A model generated the notes under the pieces. That model was not told the origin of the DNA and searched no databases. It worked only from the letters and a program-made list of their open reading frames with translations. From positions 1 to 64,000 of the IMG/VR virus record IMGVR_UViG_3300045988_183134: 64,000 bases of DNA. One strand, given 5' to 3'. Shown here one piece after another: positions 60,026 through 64,000 of the stretch (position 1 is the stretch's first letter; each line of letters starts with the position of its first letter). Both the position numbers and the translations under genes were made by a program. The stretch is from a virus.

Positions 60026-60907
60026 ATGAAAATCCGATTCTATACAACCAACAAGGAAGCTATTGTATTCGACCTTGAGGATATTTTGAAGCAGCTCAAC
60101 ATTGAAGAGCAGGTAGCCACTGTCGGTCTTGTCATTGAAAAAGACGAGGCCGAGGTTGAGGCAATCGCTCAGACAATACAAGACGATTATCCGAACATGT
60201 ATCTCCAGGCAAAAGAATACGGACGGAATCTGACCTTGGCTTGTGCGGAGCTTCCGAACCCTACTAACCCAGATATTGTAACCTACCTCTATGCGGGCGA
60301 TGATGCTACGGAAACTGACAGTTGGATTGCGAAAGTGAACAACACAATTCGTGCGCAAGGGGATAACAGTGAACGGCTCATCCATATTGACTCGAATCTC
60401 GCTGCCGTGGTAGAAGCAAACGAAACGGAACAAGGATACTATGCTTCCACCGTGTCGCAGCATGACAAGGCCACAAACGAAATGCTGAGTTTTCGACAGA
60501 TTGCAGAGTCGTTGGAAGCTGTTGGGGATAACTACAAGTACCAGAGCGCAAGCAACATTCTGACTGCAAGAACCAAAGCAGAGCGGAACTATATTGTCCG
60601 GCTTATCAAGATGTATTGCGACGATACTAAATACCTTGCTGGTTCTATGCCGCAAAGTGAGAACCCGTTCTGTGTCCAGAACGTTGACGCTCTGAACCAG
60701 CGCGATGCGCAGTGGTCCGAAATCAAAGAGTATCTTGCACAGGACGAGAATCGCAACAAGCTGGATGTGATTCTTGGCTTCGTGCCGGATGAGGAGAGCG
60801 ACAAGACTCTAATTCTGCGCAGCATTGAAGAAAAAGGGAAGGCCATGTCTGATTCTGAAATCGAAAAAGCATATAATTTGCTGTTTGGTGACTGTAGCAA
60901 TGGATGA
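60026..60907 (+). CDS. hypothetical protein
   Basis: ATG after AGGAGGAAA; 293 aa. Confidence 0.65.
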   Translation: MKIRFYTTNKEAIVFDLEDILKQLNIEEQVATVGLVIEKDEAEVEAIAQTIQDDYPNMYLQAKEYGRNLTLACAELPNPTNPDIVTYLYAGDDATETDSWIAKVNNTIRAQGDNSERLIHIDSNLAAVVEANETEQGYYASTVSQHDKATNEMLSFRQIAESLEAVGDNYKYQSASNILTARTKAERNYIVRLIKMYCDDTKYLAGSMPQSENPFCVQNVDALNQRDAQWSEIKEYLAQDENRNKLDVILGFVPDEESDKTLILRSIEEKGKAMSDSEIEKAYNLLFGDCSNG

Positions 60908-60913
60908 ATAATC

Positions 60914-60941
60914 TTGCGCTTTCGTGCGAGACCCGTATAAT
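60914..60941 (+). promoter_or_regulatory. dyad-box promoter, family copy
   Basis: TTGCGC tttc GTGCGAG acccg TATAAT. Confidence 0.6.
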
Positions 60942-61043
60942 TTAGCTTGTACGATAGATACCATCTACTAAGCACACTGTGTGCTCGTACAATTCACACT
61001 TCGCTTTAAGGCGGACTTCCCACACCGGGAGGTTCGCCTTTTT
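60942..61043 (+). ncRNA. structured RNA cassette, family member
   Basis: TTGTACGATAGATACCA box, AGCACAC/GTGTGCT hairpin closed by GTACG/CGTAC, ATTCACACTTCG box, terminator AAGGCGGACTTCCC..GGGAGGTTCGCCTT followed by T5. Confidence 0.65.
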
Positions 61044-61067
61044 GCGTACAAAAAAAGGAGTGTTATA

Positions 61068-61472
61068 ATGGGTAGTATATGGACGGCTCTTGGCAACCGA
61101 CTTGAAACCGCTTGGAAGAGACCTACTAAGCCCAACTCTAAACGCCCGAAAGACGGTGAAATCATCGACGAAGAGAAATCGGTGCGCTGGAACAGGGAAG
61201 AGGTCGTTCGCCGACAGAAAGCCTGGGATGCGGAATGCTCTCGGCTGAAGAAGGCGCAGAATGCAGAAATCGAACACATCTCGGAAGCTATCGAACTTCA
61301 AATTCAGGAAGACATCAAAGCCAAAACGAAACGCAGCATTTCCAAAAAGGCTGCAACCATCCTCTGGCAAAAAGCCTACGACCGTGGCCACGCCTATGGT
61401 TTCGCTGACATCTACTGTGCCATCGAGGACTACGAGGAGCTGGTTGTTGCCGTACTCACAAACGCTCGTTGA
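61068..61472 (+). CDS. hypothetical protein
   Basis: ATG after AAAGGAG, downstream of the cassette; 134 aa. Confidence 0.6.
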   Translation: MGSIWTALGNRLETAWKRPTKPNSKRPKDGEIIDEEKSVRWNREEVVRRQKAWDAECSRLKKAQNAEIEHISEAIELQIQEDIKAKTKRSISKKAATILWQKAYDRGHAYGFADIYCAIEDYEELVVAVLTNAR

Positions 61473-61488
61473 AAGAAAGGAAAATACC

Positions 61489-62298
61489 ATGAAGCTGAAT
61501 GAATACCTCGCTAAAAATGCCGTCAAGCTGATGATTAAGGGCTCTGGAGAAAAGAATCCTACGCGCCAGACCAATGACCTCGGCATGTACGATTATGTTG
61601 AGAACCTTGAAAGCGTCCTCGGCAAAATGGTCTGGATTTGCGATTATCGCGCAAATGCGGACCCGACCAAAAAGCCGATTCGTAACATCAAACCTACCCC
61701 GGTTGTTGTAACGGACGCAAAAGAAACGAGCAAAACCATCTATTATTCTCCGGTCTATTTTCGGCCGGTAAATCGGGGTAAGATTTCTTCAACCGTCATT
61801 GCCCCATTGGACAACACCGGGTATCGCTGCTGCTCCGGCACTTCCGTCAACATCTTCTACACGAAAGAAGAGTGCGTGAAGTGCTATCGGGAGCAGGTTC
61901 GACAGGCAGACGAGATTTATGAGAAAGAGAAGGCTCGCATCATCAAAGAGTTCGACGCTCGCATGCAGATTCTCAATGATTCTCTCACGCCGTTCAACGA
62001 TGTCCCGCAGAGCGATTACACCGTTGTTGCAAAAATGGATGTTACGAACGATTCTCTCGGATACAATGAGAAAAATCGGCATTTTTATCTCGAGACGACC
62101 CGAACCATGATTCCGACTCGCTATACCATCGAAATGCTCAAGATGCAGGCACTGATTGGCCTGGTGGATGAACTCCGTGCAAACACCACCTGGCAAAAGG
62201 GCGTTCCTTTCCGTATCCTTATCAGAACAACAGTTTTCGTGGATGGTATTGAAGATGTCAGCCAGGCCACAACGGAATCTCAAACCATTACCCTTTGA
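61489..62298 (+). CDS. hypothetical protein
   Basis: ATG after AAAGGAAAA; 269 aa. Confidence 0.65.
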   Translation: MKLNEYLAKNAVKLMIKGSGEKNPTRQTNDLGMYDYVENLESVLGKMVWICDYRANADPTKKPIRNIKPTPVVVTDAKETSKTIYYSPVYFRPVNRGKISSTVIAPLDNTGYRCCSGTSVNIFYTKEECVKCYREQVRQADEIYEKEKARIIKEFDARMQILNDSLTPFNDVPQSDYTVVAKMDVTNDSLGYNEKNRHFYLETTRTMIPTRYTIEMLKMQALIGLVDELRANTTWQKGVPFRILIRTTVFVDGIEDVSQATTESQTITL

Positions 62299-62318
62299 TG
62301 AACTATGAAGAGCGCACG

Positions 62319-62357
62319 CCCCGTCTATAGCCGTAAGGCTTAGGTGGGGAGGTTCAC
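62319..62357 (+). repeat. conserved GNRA-capped 5' UTR hairpin, copy B
   Basis: CCCCgtCTATAGCCGTAAGGCTTAGGTGGGGAGGTTCAC; twin of 19798-19836, same distance to a GAGGTA RBS. Confidence 0.7.
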
Positions 62358-62393
62358 AAAAAACAAAACAATACATATGTGAGGTAAAATGTT

Positions 62394-64000
62394 ATGTCTA
62401 ACAACATGTCTATTTCTTCCATCAAGGAACATTATAATAATCTCTGCACCAAAGCCAAAGAATGGAGTGCCGCCTACTATGAGCAGGATGCTCCGGTTGT
62501 AACGGATGAGGAATACGATTCCGTGATGCACGAGATTCGTGATATCGAAGCGGCACATCCTGAGTTCGTGACCGCTGACAGTCCTACGCAGGTTGTTGGC
62601 GGCAAGCGTGTTCTCGGTATTCCGGTTGAACACCGTGTACCGATGCTTTCTCTGCTTGATGTGTTTTCCGATGATGAGGTCCGCAGCTTTGTGGATTCGG
62701 TGAAAGCTGAATACTCCGATGTGACCTTCTCTGTGGAGCGCAAAATCGACGGTCTGAGCTTGTCTCTTGTCTACGAACGTTCTGACGATGGTCTTGCCTA
62801 TCTGACCCAGGCTTCGACGCGCGGTGACGGCCATGTCGGTGAGGATGTGACCGCCAATGTCGCAGCCCTCACTTGCCTGCCTCGCAGCATCGAGCTGCCC
62901 AAGGGTATCGGCAAAATCGAACTCCGTGGCGAGTGCTATATGTCGGAAAAGGACTTTGAAGCAGCCAATGCAAAGCAGGCGGAAGCAGGGAAGAAGCTCT
63001 TTGCGAATCCCCGCAACTGCGCTGCTGGCTCTCTGCGTCAGGCTGACCCGTCTATTGCACGGGAACGCAATCTGCAGGTGTTCGTTTTCAATGTTCAGAG
63101 CGTCAACAATGGTGATGCAGCACAGTTCAGCCCGTATCATTGTGACCAGCTGAACTATCTGCGTGACATCTGCGGTTTTAAGACCACCTATTACGCTCAT
63201 TGCAATGACATTGATAGCATCTTGGCAGCCATTCACGACATTGAGGAAAAACGCTATGATATCGATTACCCGATTGACGGCGCAGTCATCAAAGTCGATG
63301 AACTGAGCATTCGCCAGAATATGGGCGAGCGCACCAAAGCCCCGAAATGGGCTATTGCATACAAGTATCCCGCAGAGGAAAAGGGAACTGTCTTGCGCAA
63401 CATCCAGCTGCAGACGGGTCGTACCGGCCGCGTTACTCCTGTTGCTGTCTTTGACCCTATCCAGCTTGCCGGAACCCGTGTGGAGCGTGCAACGCTCAAC
63501 AACGCCAACTTCATCAAGACTTTGGATATCCGTATCGGTGACACGATTGTCCTGCACAAATCCGGTGACATCATCCCGAAAATCACGATGGTGGAGCTGG
63601 AAAAGCGTCCTGCAGACGCTGTACCTTATGACATGGCAAAACAGGTCTGCCCCGTTTGCGGTGCGCCTATCGCGCCCGTCAATGGTTCTGTGGACCTGTA
63701 CTGCACGAACGACACCTGCCCTGCAAAGACCGTGAATCGTGTCATTCACTTTGCCTCGAAACCCTGCATGGACATCAAGGGACTTGGTCCTCAGATGATT
63801 CAGGACTTGGTTGACAGCCGGTTCATTGAGAACCCCGTTGACCTGTACTGGCTCTATGAGGAGGAAGGTGAACTGACCAACATGTATGGCGCGAAGATTG
63901 CCAAGAAGGTTCTTGCTGCCATCGAAAAGTCCAAGGAGCAGAATGCCGACCGCGTCCTCAAGGGCCTTGGCTACCGTCTCATCGGCGGTCATGTTGCTCG
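62394..64000 (+). CDS. ligA: NAD-dependent DNA ligase, 3'-partial at the window edge
   Basis: GAGGTA RBS; YY..D.P.V.D.EYD..M..I; adenylation motif ERKIDGLS; frame open to the window end, so absent from the ORF track. Confidence 0.9.
   Translation, partial: MSNNMSISSIKEHYNNLCTKAKEWSAAYYEQDAPVVTDEEYDSVMHEIRDIEAAHPEFVTADSPTQVVGGKRVLGIPVEHRVPMLSLLDVFSDDEVRSFVDSVKAEYSDVTFSVERKIDGLSLSLVYERSDDGLAYLTQASTRGDGHVGEDVTANVAALTCLPRSIELPKGIGKIELRGECYMSEKDFEAANAKQAEAGKKLFANPRNCAAGSLRQADPSIARERNLQVFVFNVQSVNNGDAAQFSPYHCDQLNYLRDICGFKTTYYAHCNDIDSILAAIHDIEEKRYDIDYPIDGAVIKVDELSIRQNMGERTKAPKWAIAYKYPAEEKGTVLRNIQLQTGRTGRVTPVAVFDPIQLAGTRVERATLNNANFIKTLDIRIGDTIVLHKSGDIIPKITMVELEKRPADAVPYDMAKQVCPVCGAPIAPVNGSVDLYCTNDTCPAKTVNRVIHFASKPCMDIKGLGPQMIQDLVDSRFIENPVDLYWLYEEEGELTNMYGAKIAKKVLAAIEKSKEQNADRVLKGLGYRLIGGHVA

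Noticed and set aside
62340-63992. 550-aa minus-strand ORF
   Set aside because: It is antisense to a clear + strand ligA with KxDG and other ligase motifs. It has no RBS and an Arg/His/Val-rich low-complexity translation typical of a shadow frame.

Overview
The window looks like the early/middle (replication, host-takeover, accessory) region of a large tailed phage or prophage of a Firmicutes/Clostridia-like host; the host assignment is inference from Shine-Dalgarno sites, promoters and protein families. About 85 genes are present and all but three are on the + strand. No capsid, tail or terminase genes and no integrase are visible. Recognisable products: PLD-nuclease/P-loop fusion, SF2 helicase, UvrD-like SF1 helicase, NAD-dependent DNA ligase (open at the 3' edge and absent from the ORF track), ParB-like and PD-(D/E)xK nucleases, NADAR and Macro ADP-ribose enzymes, radical SAM plus ATP-grasp pair, AAA+ ATPase, ASCH protein, tail-lysozyme-like hydrolase, MBL lipoprotein, and five paralogous tandem-HTH proteins. 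An AT-rich island (13950-19305) carries a zinc-ribbon/Vsr-like nuclease, an EcoRI-type adenine methyltransferase, a TIR protein, a DUF262-HNH protein and a GNAT. A 17-member tRNA array (42012-46906) is interrupted by long ORF-free structured spacers and a few genes, and several tRNAs have non-canonical anticodon loops. The strongest non-coding signals are two. First, about 23 copies of one promoter design carry an embedded TTGCAC-N4-GTGCGAA dyad. Second, a nine-member family of promoter-proximal structured RNA cassettes ends in intrinsic terminators, and I could not match it to any RNA family I know. All calls come from reading the sequence and remembered family motifs; no searches were run.
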